The notes beneath the pieces were generated by a model. That model did not search any database. It worked only from the letters and a program-made list of their open reading frames with translations, and was not told the origin of the DNA. 64,000 nt of DNA, taken from assembly GCF_036365525.1 (NCBI RefSeq), contig NC_090404.1:6944001-7008000 (forward strand), read 5' to 3'. Shown one piece after another: positions 37,791-50,595 of the stretch (position 1 is its first letter; each line of letters starts with the position of its first letter). Position numbers and translations under genes: made by a program. This stretch comes from Heterodontus francisci (taxonomy: Eukaryota).

Positions 37791-39595
37791 GTCTGTTATT
37801 GTTGTTGTAGACATGTCTCTCTTTATATTCCAGTAGGACCTGTGCTTGTTGTTCATAATGTAGAACATCTCTCTGTTTCTATTGCACAAGGCTCTGCCTC
37901 AGTTATTAAGTGGAGTTTGTTTCTGCTGATGTCAATAACCCCTATAACTGGGCTGGAGTTTAATTTTTACATTTACCAAATAAATCAGATTTGTGTCAAA
38001 CACACATTTGTTCAGTCCTTGATTACTCCAGGACAGGAGGAAACTGATTGATGTCCTGTTAGCCACAGTTCCGTTTTTGGTCCTTTTCTGCTTTCTAACT
38101 CGACATCATTCAGTTCTTGTCGCTTCAGTTACTCTCATGTACAAGTCGCAGCGCCTCTTCCCTTCCAGACTGCCTCTCCAGCCTTGAGATCCAGGGAAGG
38201 TTATCAGTAACATGCCCGGGATCACTAAACACAAAAACTCACTCTGTAAATCACTTTCAGCTATTGGACCTAGCCAATGCCTCACAGCATCTCTCGCACC
38301 TTCGATGTGTGAATAGACCATCACGCCTGCATACTCGATTTAAATGTAAACTTAAATCTTCCGAGCAAATGTATTCAACAACAGATGAACACTTCACATA
38401 ACTGGCGAAATACTCAATTACTGTGATCTGCAATGCACTGGCTGAAAGGGTGGTGGAAGTAGATTCAATAAGTTTCCAAAGGGAATTGGATAAATAATTA
38501 AAAGGAAGAGTTTGCAGGGCTCTGGGGAAAGGCCAGGGGAGTGGGACTAATTGTCAACTCTTTCAAAGATGCTGCCGGCCCGACAATGCAGCTCTCTATT
38601 GACAGCAGACAGTCTGATGTCCAACTCCCCAAGAATAAAGATCCAAACTCTCTAATAAATCAGCTTTATTTCAAACCATTTGCAGTAAGTTGGGTTCCAA
38701 TTGCCCCGCTCCCCCGTTGCCAGGATACAAACACTGTGAACGGCAGTGCCCTCTAATTATGGTCCCGAGACTGCGCTCCCTGTTTAAAGTGCTGTGGCAC
38801 TGTCTCCCTGCGGTTCAATCCTCTGCTGTCCCCACACTCGCTTCCCTTCTTTCTGGAGATCTAACTGTTGTATAATTGCACCAGCAGTTAACAGGTACCT
38901 GTGAAATCCTCCATCTGCTGCTTTCATGCAGACTTCAGCCAATTTATTTGAAGCAGGTTTTTATTAAATGAATTAACACCTGCCTAAAATGATCATCTCA
39001 GGTCTATCACACTAACATGTTAAAATGTTGTAGAATCATTACGAATCATTTTCAGACTAGAAATTTGAACGTGCCGTTTCACTTTCAGTCAGGAACAGAT
39101 CACAGTTTTACTCCAATCTCTGATTTGACAGCACATTTCCAGCATTCACCGTTGTTCATTTTGATTCTAAACACAGTTGTAAATGAGCATTCTGTTCCGT
39201 GCCAAGGATCTCAGAAACATGGAAGAGAGCGGCTGGGGACACATTTCTGACACGTCTCAGCATTAACGCACACGGGGGCTTTGCTGTCAGTCGAGAGACG
39301 AGAAAGACCAAAGTGCCGTTTGTCTGTCTCACTGTGAGCCTAAAGGACTGTGGCCAGTAGAAGTTCTGTTCTTGCCGTACGATCCTTCCCCAGATTGTCA
39401 TTTCTGAGATCCAGCCAGGTGATGTCAAACACTTAGGGGGGAAAGACAAAAACCTACAACAGTGCTTTGAAAACAAAGCTGATTTATTTCATATTTATCC
39501 GGAATATTAAACCTCAGCGAAAAAATCACTGTCAAAATGAACATGGTTCAGTTCTAGGTGTGATTAACAGCAGCAATAACAGCAGAATCCAACCC

Positions 39596-41683
39596 TTACA
39601 GTCTCTTGAGGACTCGCTGGTGTGTTCGCAGGTGGGATGACTGAGTGAACCCCTTCCCACACACAAAGCAGGTGAATGGCCTCTCCCCAGTGTGAATTCG
39701 GTGGTGATTCAGTAGGTTGGATAAATGAGTGAATCCCTTCCCACACATGGAGCAGGTGAACGGCCTCTCCCGAGTGTGAATTCGTTGGTGTGTCAGCAGG
39801 TTGGATGACTGAGTGAATTTTGTATCACAGACGGAGCAGGTGAAGGGCCTCTCCCTGGTGTGAACTCGCTGTTGATTTAACAGGTTGGATGAACGCGTGA
39901 ATCCCTTCCCACAAATCGAGCAGGTAAATGGCCTCTCCTGAGTGTCAACCTGCTGGTGTGTCAAAAGATTGCATGAACGGGTGAATCCCTTCCCACACAC
40001 AGAGCTCATGAATGGTCTATGCCCCGTGTGAAGTTGCTGATGTATCAGAAGGCTGGATGAATTCATGAATCCCTTCACACACAGAGAGCAAGTGAAAGGT
40101 CTTTCCCCAGTGTGCGAATATTGGTGTGTCAGCAGATCCTTTTTCCTTTTAAAGCTCTTCTCACAGTCAGAACAATTAGAAAGTTCAGTGTTAGAGTGAA
40201 CAAGTTGATGTGTTCGAAGGTGGGATGATTGGGTGAATCCCTTACCACAAACAGAGCAGGTCAACAGTCTCTCCCCAGTGTCACTTCTTCGATGAGAATC
40301 CAGCTGGGATGGGTAATTGAATCCCTTCCCACAGTCCCTGCATTTCTACGGTTTCTCCATGGTGTGGGTGCCCTTCTCCCGCTCCAGGTTGGATGAGAAG
40401 TTGAAGCCTCGTCCACACACGTGTGCAGTTTCTCCCCGATGTGAATGGTGGAGTGGTTTCTCAGTCTGTGCAACTGGTTAAAGCTCTTTCCACAGTCAAT
40501 GCACTGGAACACTCTGACTCGGGTTTGTGTGTGTGAGTCGGTGCTTTTCCAGTCACACTGATGTTTGAAATCTTTTCCCACAGACAGAACAAACAAACAT
40601 TTCTCCTTCCACATTCAAAGGCCGATGACATTCAGACTAGATGAATTGAGTGACTGTCAGATCTTCACCTGAAGCTTGGCTTGAGTTTCCAGTCTGAAAA
40701 TAGTAGTATATATAAATGATTTGGAGGAAAATTTAGCTGGTCTGATTAGTAAGTTTGCGGACGACACAAAGGTTGGTGGAGTTGCAGATAATGATGAGGA
40801 TTGTCAGAGGATACCGCAGGATATAGATCGGTTGGAGACTTGGGCGGAGCTTTGGCAGATGGAGTTTAATCCGGACAAATGTGAGGTAATGCATTTTGGA
40901 AGGTCTAATGCAGGTGGGAGGTATACAGTAAATGGCAGAACCCTTAGGAGTATTGACAGGCAGAGAGATATGGGCGTACAGGTCCACGGGTCACTGAAAG
41001 TGGCAACGCAGGTGGATAAGGTAGTGAAGAAGGCATTTGGCATGCTTGCCTTCATCGGCCGGGGCACGGAGTATAAAAATTGGCAAGTCATGTTGCAGCT
41101 GTACAGAACCTTAGTTAGGCCACACTTAGAATATTGCGTGCAATTCTGGTCGCCACACTACCAGAAGGACGTGGAGGCTTTGGAGAGGGTACAGAGGAGT
41201 TTTACCAGGATGTTTCCAGGTCTGGAGGGCATTAGCTATGAGGAGAGGTTGGAAAAACTGGGATTGTTTTCACTGGAACGACGGAGGTGGAGGGGCGACA
41301 TGACAGAGGTTTACAAAGTTATGAGCGGCATGGACAGAGTGGATAGTCAGAAGCTTTTTCCCAGGGTGGAAGAGTCAGTTACTAGGGGACATAGGTTTAA
41401 GGTGAGAGGGGATGTGCGAGTCAAGTTCTTTACACAGAGTGTGGTGAGTGACTGGAACGTGTTGCCAGGGGAGGTGGTGGAAGCAGGTACCATAGAGACA
41501 TTTAAGAGGCATTTTGACAAATTCATGAATAGGATGGGAAGAGAGGGATATGGGCCCCGCAATTCCTGAAGGTGTTAGTTTCGGCAGGCATCAAGATCGG
41601 CGCAGGCTTGGAGGGCCGAATGGCCTGTTCCTGTGCTGTACTGTTCTTTGTTTTTTTTGTTCAAATGCTCCTCTTCTAATACC
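39596..41683 (-). pseudogene. Tandem C2H2 zinc-finger pseudogene; last exon split by a CR1 insertion
   Basis: About 8 fingers with TGERPF linkers in ORF 39596-40264 (three missing a zinc ligand), more fingers across frameshifts to ~40610, and a tttacag acceptor at 41684-41690. Confidence 0.88.
40702..41662 (+). mobile_element. Young CR1-type LINE 3' fragment (282-aa open RT C-terminus), AAAT TSD
   Basis: SKFADDTK...QMEFNPDKCEVMHFG...QFWSPHY; AAAT at 40698-40701 and 41663-41666. Confidence 0.93.
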
Positions 41684-41989
41684 CTGTAAAAGGAGTTTAC
41701 AAATGTCATCACTGTCAGTACAGGATAGAAATTCAGAACGAACAATTCCAATTTCTATGGAACATTTTTTCCGCTCTTGCTCCCCCAAAGCTGTAAATTC
41801 CTGTCCCACACACTGTCCCTCCTCCCCGTGCAGAAAGCCAAACCCATCGCACCATCTGCAACATTTCTTTCCTCCACTGCCAGTTTTCACTCTTCCTCGA
41901 CTCTGGCTGGGTTCAGTTCCCCATCTCCGATGTGTGGAGTGAGAATCAAATCAAACTTCGTGCTCACTGGGGCCCTGAAGCCCCGCCCC

Positions 41990-42380
41990 ATTGTCTTGCG
42001 TCACCAGGATGGCCGCGCATGCCCGTGACCCCGCCCTGCCGAACATGGAGGCCTATGGCCCCGCTCCCTGGGCCTGTCACTGCAAGTAAACATTGGGCCT
42101 GTGGCCTCTTATCGGGGCCTCACGCATGCCGTCCGGCGGAACACAGAGCGGTTTCCCCGGTGGACTTTATTCGGACCCAAAAATCCTTCAGCAACTTTCT
42201 GACCTCAGCGGTGGGTGGCAGGGGCGCGGCCTCCCCATAGTTTCTGTATCTCCCTGTACCACTTCCAGGGGCCTGCTCCAGAGCTGCAGCTTCAACTGGT
42301 GATGGAGCCGAGCCTCATCCGCACCAGCGCACCGGCCTCCTCAAACAGGCAACGGGCGGGTTCCACCCCGCGGAGCCTCT
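41990..42380 (-). promoter_or_regulatory. CpG-rich island, likely promoter/first exon of the ZNF pseudogene
   Basis: Markedly GC/CpG-rich; GCGCATGC (NRF1-type) at 42015-42022; lies upstream of the ZNF on the minus strand. Confidence 0.55.
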
Positions 42381-43254
42381 GGGGAAACACACTGTGTGTG
42401 TTATTGACTGTCAATAATTGGAGAATTCACTGATCCGACTGAGATGGAGCTGAAGCGAAATTAAATCAACTGAACGAAATACGAGAGCCTGCAGACATTA
42501 ATGATTTGAATAAGGAAAGCAAACTGCCGCCCTCGCAGACAACATCAAATACAAATTTTAATTTGAATTCGTCAATGATCCTTAAAGGGACAGTACTCTC
42601 TCTCTCTCTCTCTCTCTGTCTCTGTAGTTGGCTGTTAAAGGGATAGACCGAAGTAAAGGCAGAGTGTCTCTGCTTGCCTGTGTGATTCAGGAAGTTTGTT
42701 TTAAAAAAGTGTGCAGGAAACAATTCACTCAGTCAAGCACCAACATTTACACATTGATGAGACCAGCTCGTTCATTCTGGCAAACTGTTCGAAAAATGAG
42801 AAGAGCTTAAAAAGCAAAAATAATCTGCAGACACATCAATCCATTAACTCAAGGGACAGACTGTTCACCTGCTCAGCATGAGGGAAATAAATTACTCATT
42901 TATCCGAAATGTTGAGACACTCGTGAGCTCACATGCGACTATCAGGGTCAGAATCTGCTATCAGTGCTTGCATTAATCTCACCCAGTTTGAATCGTCTTA
43001 ATTCTGACAGTTAGGATGTGTTTCTGTTGATATTAATAACCCTCAACGAGGTAGTAGTTCAATATTATGCAGAGCTAATCAAAGGCGGAAGGGTCAGATA
43101 AAAATCCTGTGATTGTCTCCAATTAGTTTATTTTTACTTTTGTGAAATACTTCACTCTTCAAAGGACTTTCTTCAAATACTGAAAGCTACCACAAATGGA
43201 GCAAAGCTCCATTAAACAACTGATCATAAACTGAAACGAAGCTCCTTCCAAGTG

Positions 43255-43515
43255 AATCCATGATTTACTTGAACTTCTTTCAATTCAGTATAGTGTATTC
43301 ACTGCTCACACTGTGGTCTTCTCTACATTGGAGAGACCAAGCCCTGACTGGCTGATTGCTTTGTGGAAAACTTCCGTTCAGTCTGCAGGTATAACTCTGA
43401 GCTTCCAGCCTCTTCCTCTGTTTCATTGGCTCAAACTGGTTCTGATAAAAGGACACAGACCTGAAATGTTAACTGTTCCTCTCTACATTGTTGCTGCCAG
43501 ACCTGCTGAGTATTG
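43255..43515 (+). mobile_element. Degraded Penelope-like fragment (GIY-YIG remnant plus terminal motif)
   Basis: CTCTACATTGGAGAGACCAAG (LYIGETK); CTGATAAAAGG...CCTGAAATGTTAAC; GCCAGACCTGCTGAG. Confidence 0.65.
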
Positions 43516-43589
43516 CACCCCACAGAGACATCACACATTGCTTCCTCCCTGGGACAGCTCAGGGTCAGACACTGAACATACTGCACCCC

Positions 43590-44757
43590 GTAAAATAGCC
43601 CGCCCATTCCAGGTATTATTCTAGTAAACATTCTCTGAATTTCTTCCAATGCATTTACATCCTTCCTTAAATAAGGAGACCAACCCGTACACAGTACCCC
43701 AGACGTGGTCTCACCAATGCCATGTATAGCTGAAACATAACCTCCCTACATTTGTATTCAATTCCCCTCGTGATAAACAATAACACATTCCATTAGCTTT
43801 CCTAATTATGTGTTGCACCGACATACTAACCTTTTGCGATTCGTGCATTAGGACACCCAGATCCCTCTGCATCTCAGAGCTCTGCAATCTCTCACTATTT
43901 AGATAAAAGGCTTCTTTGTTATTCTTCCTGCCAAAATGGACAACTTCACAATTTCCCACATCATACTCCATTTGTCAGGTCTTTGCCCACTCACTTAACC
44001 TATCTATATCCCTCTGTCGCCTCCTTATGTTCACTTCACAAGTTACCTTCCTACTTATCTTTATGTCATCAACAATCAGCAGTACCAGAATGTCTCATCT
44101 TTTCCTGATAGGTTTAATAATATTGGAAAGAGCGAAGCTATTGTCTTCGGTCCGTGCCACAACCTCCACTGCCTAACCACGGACTCCATCCCTTTCCTGT
44201 CAATTGTCTGATGCGATACCAAACGGCTCATAACCTTGGTGTCATATCTGACCCCAAGATGAGCTTCCAACAGCATATCGGCAGCATAATTCAAACCACC
44301 TATTTCCATCTCAGTCACATAAGAACTTGTAAATAAGAGCCAATGTAGGCCATTCAGCCCCTCGAGCCTTCTCTGCATTCAATATGATCAAGGCTGATCT
44401 GATTGTGGCTTTGACTCCACTTTCCTGCCTGCCGTCCCCATAACGCTGGTCAACCAAAATCTGTTTAACTCAGCCTTGACTATATTCAATGACCAGCCTC
44501 CACAACTTGCTGGGGAAGGGACAAACACAAACGACCCTCTGAGAGAAACAAATTCTTCCTCATCTCCCTCTTTAAATAGGAGACCCCTTAATTTGAAACT
44601 GTGTCCCTTACTTCTAGATTCCCCCATAAGGGGAAGCATCCTCCCAGCATCTATCCTGTCAAACCCCCTTCAAATAACAGACATTCCAATTAGATCACCT
44701 CTCAGTTGTCTAAACTACAATGAATATAAGCCAAACATGTTCCCCTATTCCTCATAA
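43590..44757 (-). mobile_element. Two CR1-type fragments (43590-44080, 44320-44757) around a plus-strand L2-like fragment (~44150-44320, resuming ~44880-44975)
   Basis: CEVVHFGRKN and SKGHSFKLRG on minus; NLGVISDPKMSF..HI.SI..TTYFHL on plus. Confidence 0.72.
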
Positions 44758-45014
44758 AACTAATGGAGACAATCCATGCACGTGTTCTGTGTGTGGACGA
44801 GGTTTCAGCCGATGGTGTGGCCTGTTGAGCCACAAGCAAAGGACAAATCCCTCGCCTTCTGACTTCGCCGCTGCATCAGCTCAACTTCATCTGAAACTTA
44901 CATCAATGCATTTATTATCTTTTAGCTCGACTATTCTACCACACTCCTCACTAGCCTGCCACATTCAACTCTCCATAAGAGTAGGATGCAGTCGGGACCA
45001 AAGTCGCAAGCTGT

Positions 45015-46740
45015 GAGTGGAGCCGGAAGACATAGTTGAGGTTTTAAATGATGACTTTTCATCTGTGTTCACCATGGAGAAGGACGATTAGGTGTAGAGA
45101 TCAGGGAGGGGGATTGTGATATACTTGAACATATTAGCATTGAAAGGGAGGAAGTATTAGCTGTTTAGCGAGCTTCAAAATGGATAAATCCCCAGGCCCA
45201 GATGAGATGTATCCCAGGCTCTTATGTGAGGCAAGGGAGGAGATAGCAGGGGCTCTGACACAAATTTTCAAATTCTCTCTCGCCACAGAAGAGGTACCTG
45301 AGGACTGGAGGACAGCGAATATGGGACCATTATTCAAGAAGGGTAGCAGGGATAAACTAGGTAATTACAGGCTCGGGAGTCTAACATCAGTGGCAGGGAA
45401 ACTATTGGAAAAAATTCTGAACGACAGGATTAATCTCCACTTGGAGAGGCAGGAATAAATCAGGGATAGTAAGCAAGGCTTTGTCAAGGGGAGATCGTGT
45501 CTAACAAACTTAATTGAATTTTTCGAGGAGGTGACGAGATGTGCAGATGAGGGGAAAGCAGTTTATGTAGTCTACATGGACTTCAGTAAGGCTTTTGCTA
45601 AGGTCCCGCATGAGAGATTAGTTAAAAAGGTAAGAGCCCATTGAATCCGGGGCAATTTGAAAAATTGGATCCAAGATTGGCTTCCTGGCAACAGGCAGAG
45701 GGTGACGGTCGAGGGTTGCTTTTACGATTGGAAGCCTGTGACCAGTGCTGTACCGCAGGCATCGGTGATGAGACCCTTGCTGTTTGTAGTGTACGTTAAT
45801 GATTTAGATGTGAATGCAGGAGGTATGATCAGTAACTTCGCAGATGACACAAAAATTGGTGGTGTCAGAAATAGTGAGAAAAGGCTTAGATTGCAGGACG
45901 ATATAGATGGGCAGAGCAGTAGCAAATGGAATTTAATCCTGAGAAGTGTGAGATGATGCATTTTGGGAGGGCTGATAAGGCAAGGGAATATACAATGGAT
46001 GGTAGGACCCTAGGAAATACAGGGAGTCAGAGGGATCTTGGTGTATTGTCCATAAATCACTGAAGGCAGCACCACAAGTAGATAAGATGGTTAGGAAGGC
46101 ATATGTGATATTTGCCTTTATCAGCCGAGACATATAATATAAGAGCAGGGAAGTTATGATGGACCTGTATAAAACGCTAGTTGGGCCACAGCTGGAGTAC
46201 TGTGCACAGTTCTGGGCACCACACTACAGGAAGGATGTGATTGCACTGGAGAGGGTGCAGAGGAGATTCACCAGAATGTTGCCTGGGCTGGAGCACTTCA
46301 GCTATGAAGAGATACTGGATCGGATAAGTTAGTTTCCTTAGAGCAGATAAGGTTGAGGGGGGACCTGATTGAGGCATATAAAATTATGAGGGGCATTGAT
46401 AGGATAGATGGGAAGAAACTTTTTTCCCTTAGCGGAGGGGTCAATAACCAGGGGGCACAGATTAAAGGTATGAGTCATGAGGATTTGAGGGGATTTGAGG
46501 AAATAGTTTTTCACCCAGAGAATGGTTGGAATCTGGAGCACACTGCCTGAAGGGGTGGTAGAGGCAGGAACCCTCACAACTTTTACGAAGTATTTCGACG
46601 AACACTGGAAGTGCCATAGCATACAAGGCTACGGGCCAAGTGCTACAAAAAAGGATTAGAATAGATAGATGCTTGATGGCCGGCACAGACACGATGGGCT
46701 GAAGGGCCTGCTTCTGTGCTGTATTATTCTATGACTCTAC
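45015..46740 (+). mobile_element. CR1-type LINE ORF2 fragment (~1.7 kb)
   Basis: KSPGPDEMYPRLL, VPEDWR, NFADDTK motifs; 3' tail. Confidence 0.92.
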
Positions 46741-47533
46741 ATCAACAACTGGCACCTGTACTCGATCACTGGTCTAAAGCCTAGCTACCCGACCAAACCA
46801 GAATACGTGTGTCAGGTTCGAGTCGAGTCAGGCATTTAAAAATAAATGCACTGGCCGAAGAGGTGGAACAGTTTCGAGGTTAATCCTGTCAACATTCAGA
46901 ATAACAGACTATAAAGGAACAGTGATCTCAAAGACAATCTCGTGCAGCATGTCTGGAGGGGATGTGTTGAATCAGGTTCAAAGGGATTTAATTATATATG
47001 TTTTCTATATTAGACAATCAAATTAAAATCTGGAACTGAGATGGGGATATGGATTGGCGTTAGATGGGAGGATTTGGATCAGCGTATTACTCCAGGAAGT
47101 GTTGCAATCAGAGTGAAATTATTTCCAAAATGATTCCTGTAATAACAGTAATCCCATTGCTATCTGTTGGTGTAAGACTAATTTAAGTATTTAAAGTGGA
47201 GACCACAGGCATGTTAGAGAATGATATCCAAAAGGAATTTGTGACCTGTCCAAGGAGATTAGTGAAGGGAAAGGAAGGGATGTGGAAGGCACCAGACACT
47301 GGAAGATTTCACTGTTTCTATTACGGTATGTCACATCTCTGTCTATATTACACACGACATCGTCTCAGTTATTACTGCACTCGACGACGACTTTGTTTCT
47401 ATTACACCAGATACTGTCTCATTTATTACTGCATTGCACAATGTGTCAATTTATACTGCACTAGATTCTGACTCAGTAATGACTAAACCGCGCCATGTAT
47501 CTGTATATATTACATTCACCCTTGTCTCAGTTC

Positions 47534-48434
47534 CGGTGGAGTAGCAGATAGTGAAGGGGACTGTCAGAGAATACAGCAGAATATCGATAGACTGGAGAGT
47601 TGGGCAGAGAAATGGCAGATGGAGTTCAATCAGGGCAAATGCGAGGTGATGCATTTTGGAAGATCCAATTCAGGAATGAACTATGCAGTAAATGGAAAAG
47701 TCCTGGGGAAAATTGATGTACATAGAAATTTGTGTGTTCAGGTCCATTGTTCCCTGAAGGTGGCAACGCAGGTCAATAGAGTGGTCAAGAAGGCATATGG
47801 CATGCTTTCCTTCATCGGACGGGGTATTGAGTACAAGAGTTGGCAGGTCATGTTACAGTTGTATAAGACTTTGGTTCGGTCACATTTGGAATACTGCGTG
47901 CAGTTCTGGTCGCCACATTACCAAAAGGATGTGGATGCTTTGGAGAGGGTGCAGAGGAGGCTCACCAGGATGTTGCCTGGTATGGAGGGCGCTAGCTATG
48001 AAGAGAGGTTGAGTAGATTAGGATTATTTTCATTAGAAAGACGGAGGTTGAGGGGGGACCTGATTGAGGTGTACAAAACCATGAGAGGTATAGACAGGGT
48101 GGATAGCAAGAAGCTTTTTCCCAGAGTGGGGGATTCAATTACAAGGGAACACGAGTTCAAAGTGAAAGGGGAAAAGTTTAGGGGGGATATGCGTGGAAAG
48201 TTCTTTATGCAGAGGGTGGTGGGTGCATGGAACGCATTGCCAGTGGAGGTGGCAGACGCGGGCACGATAGCGTCTTTTAAGATGTATCTAGACAGATACA
48301 TGAATGGGCAGGAAGTAAAGAGATACAGAACCTTAGATAATAGGCGACAGGTTTAGATAGAGGATTTGGATCGGCGTAGGCTTGGAGGGCCGAAGGGCCT
48401 GTCCCTGTGCTGTAATTTTCTTTGTTCTTTGTTC
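47534..48434 (+). mobile_element. Young CR1-type LINE 3' fragment, specific to cluster B (245-aa open frame)
   Basis: (TTCTTTG)n tail; GTTC at both junctions; empty site in the paralog at ~16915. Confidence 0.92.
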
Positions 48435-48479
48435 TCATTGCATTAGGCCATAGATTACTCGAGTTGAAAAATAATGCTT

Positions 48480-49780
48480 ATGATAAACTTTTACAAAAGT
48501 CCAGTAGGCCTCAGCGGGAGTATTGTGTCAAGTTCTGGCTACCACATTTTCAGAAAGACATCGAGAAGTTGGAGAGGGTCTGGAAAAGATTTTCTAAAAT
48601 GGCACCAGGGATGAAAGATTTCAATTACGTGGCGAGAGTGAACGAACCGAGATTGTTCCACGGAGAGCAGCGAAGATTAAAAGGAGATTTCATAGAGGCG
48701 TTCAAAATCATGAAGCATTTTGATAAAATGAATAAACTGAAAGCATTTCCAGTGACAGAAGGGTCAGTAACCGGAGGAAACAGATTCAAGGTGAACTGCA
48801 ATTTAACCAAAGGCGACATATAAATGACTTGGAGCTTGGAATACAGAGCAGAATCTCAAAATTTGTGGATGACACTAAATTTGGAAGTGTGGCAAACAGA
48901 GAAGATAATGTGAACCGCCTGCAACAGGACATAGATAGACTAGCAGAGTGGGCAGACAAGTGGCAGATGGAATTTAATACTGACAAGGGTGAGGTGATGC
49001 ATTTTGGCAGAAAGAATAGGGAGAGGCAATATATACTTAATGGCGCAGTTCTAAATTGTGTGCAGGAACAGAGTGATCTGGGGGTGCATGTGCATCGATC
49101 TTTGAAGGTGGCAGGACATATTGAGTAGTTTAGTAAAGTATATGAGATCTTGGGCTTCCTAAACAGAGACACTGAGAAGAAAAGCAGGGAGGTTATGCTA
49201 AAAATTTATGAAGCTCTGGTTAGGCCCCAACAATAGTATTGTGTCCAGTTCTGGTCACCACACTTCAGGACGATGTGAGGTTCTTTGAGAGGGTGCAGAT
49301 ATTTATCAGGATGGTTCCAGGAATTACGTATTTTAGTTACAAGATTAGATGGGGAAAACAGGAATTATTCTCCTGATAACAAAGGAGATTGAGGGGAGAT
49401 TTGAGAGAAATATGAAAGCTTATGACAGGCTTAGGACAGTTAGGCAAGGAAAACCTGTTCACATTAACTGATGGCAGAAGAACTAGGGGATACAGATTGA
49501 AGGTTGTGGGCAAGAGATGCAGGGGACTATGAGAAAGAACTTTATAATGTAGCGGGTGATAATGATCTGGGACTCGCTGCCCACCAGGGTGGTAGAAGTG
49601 GAGACAGTAAATGACTTCAAAATGAAATTGGATAGCCACTTGAAGGAAATAGACTTTCAGGCCTGCGAGGGTCGAAAGTGGGAGTGGGACCGACTGAATA
49701 GCTCTGTGGAGAGGTGGTATGGACTCAATGGGCCGAATGGCCTCCTTTAGTGCTGTAAATGACTGTGTAGCTCAATGACT
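48480..49780 (+). mobile_element. Composite CR1-type fragments predating the duplication
   Basis: Mirror of 15650-16870, including the same internal junction. Confidence 0.85.
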
Positions 49781-50094
49781 CCAGACAATATGACGGAGAA
49801 GATAAATGACAGACCAAATTGCTATGATCCGGAATGCACTGCCTGAAAGTGTGGTGGAAGCTGTTTGGTTAATAACTTTTTAAAGGGGAATTTAATAAAT
49901 ATTTCATATGAAAACAATACGTAAATATCTGTTCTGGCGTAATAGCAGGGGGCAGTAGAATAATTGGATATGTCTTTCGGAAAGCTGGTACAGTCCTGAG
50001 AGGCTGAATGACCTCCGTCTCAGCTTTATCATGCTCGGAGCGTATGATTTACTGGCTGAATCCAACACTCTTTTTTTTTACACCTGTTGTGAAT

Positions 50095-50595
50095 AAAAAG
50101 ACTAAAAGAAAACAAGTTGCATATCTATAGCGCATTTCACGACCACAGGACGTCTCAAAGGCTTTTCAGCCAATGAGCTACTTGTGAAGTCCCCTCACTG
50201 CAGTAATGTAGGAGACGCAACAGCCAATTTCCACACAAGAAAGCAGACAAATATATGAATTTGGAGCAGGAGTAGGCCACTCGGCCCCTCCACAGACACA
50301 AATGCGACAATGATAAGATAATCTCTTTTTGTGATGTGTATTGAGGGATAATATTAATCAGGGCACCGGGGATAATTTCCCAGCACTGGTTTGAAATGGT
50401 ACCATGGGATATTTTCCACCTGAGAGGGCAGACAGCGCCTCGGTTTCATGTCTCATCTGAAAGTCGATATCTCCGACAGTGGAGCACTCCACTGGAGTGC
50501 CAGTGCAATTTTTGTGCTCGTGCCCTGGTTGAGGAGTTGAAAATAGAACCTGCTAACTCAGGGGGGAGAGTGCGAGCAACCGAACCACGGTTATT
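50095..50595 (-). mobile_element. DeuSINE, paralog of 14860-15345
   Basis: Reverse-complement match at the mirrored position. Confidence 0.7.

Noticed and set aside
39156-39476. Exon-like stretch with a pyrimidine-rich acceptor and an LRR-like LDLRNDNLG
   Set aside because: A single weak motif followed by a stop; no recognisable protein in any frame.
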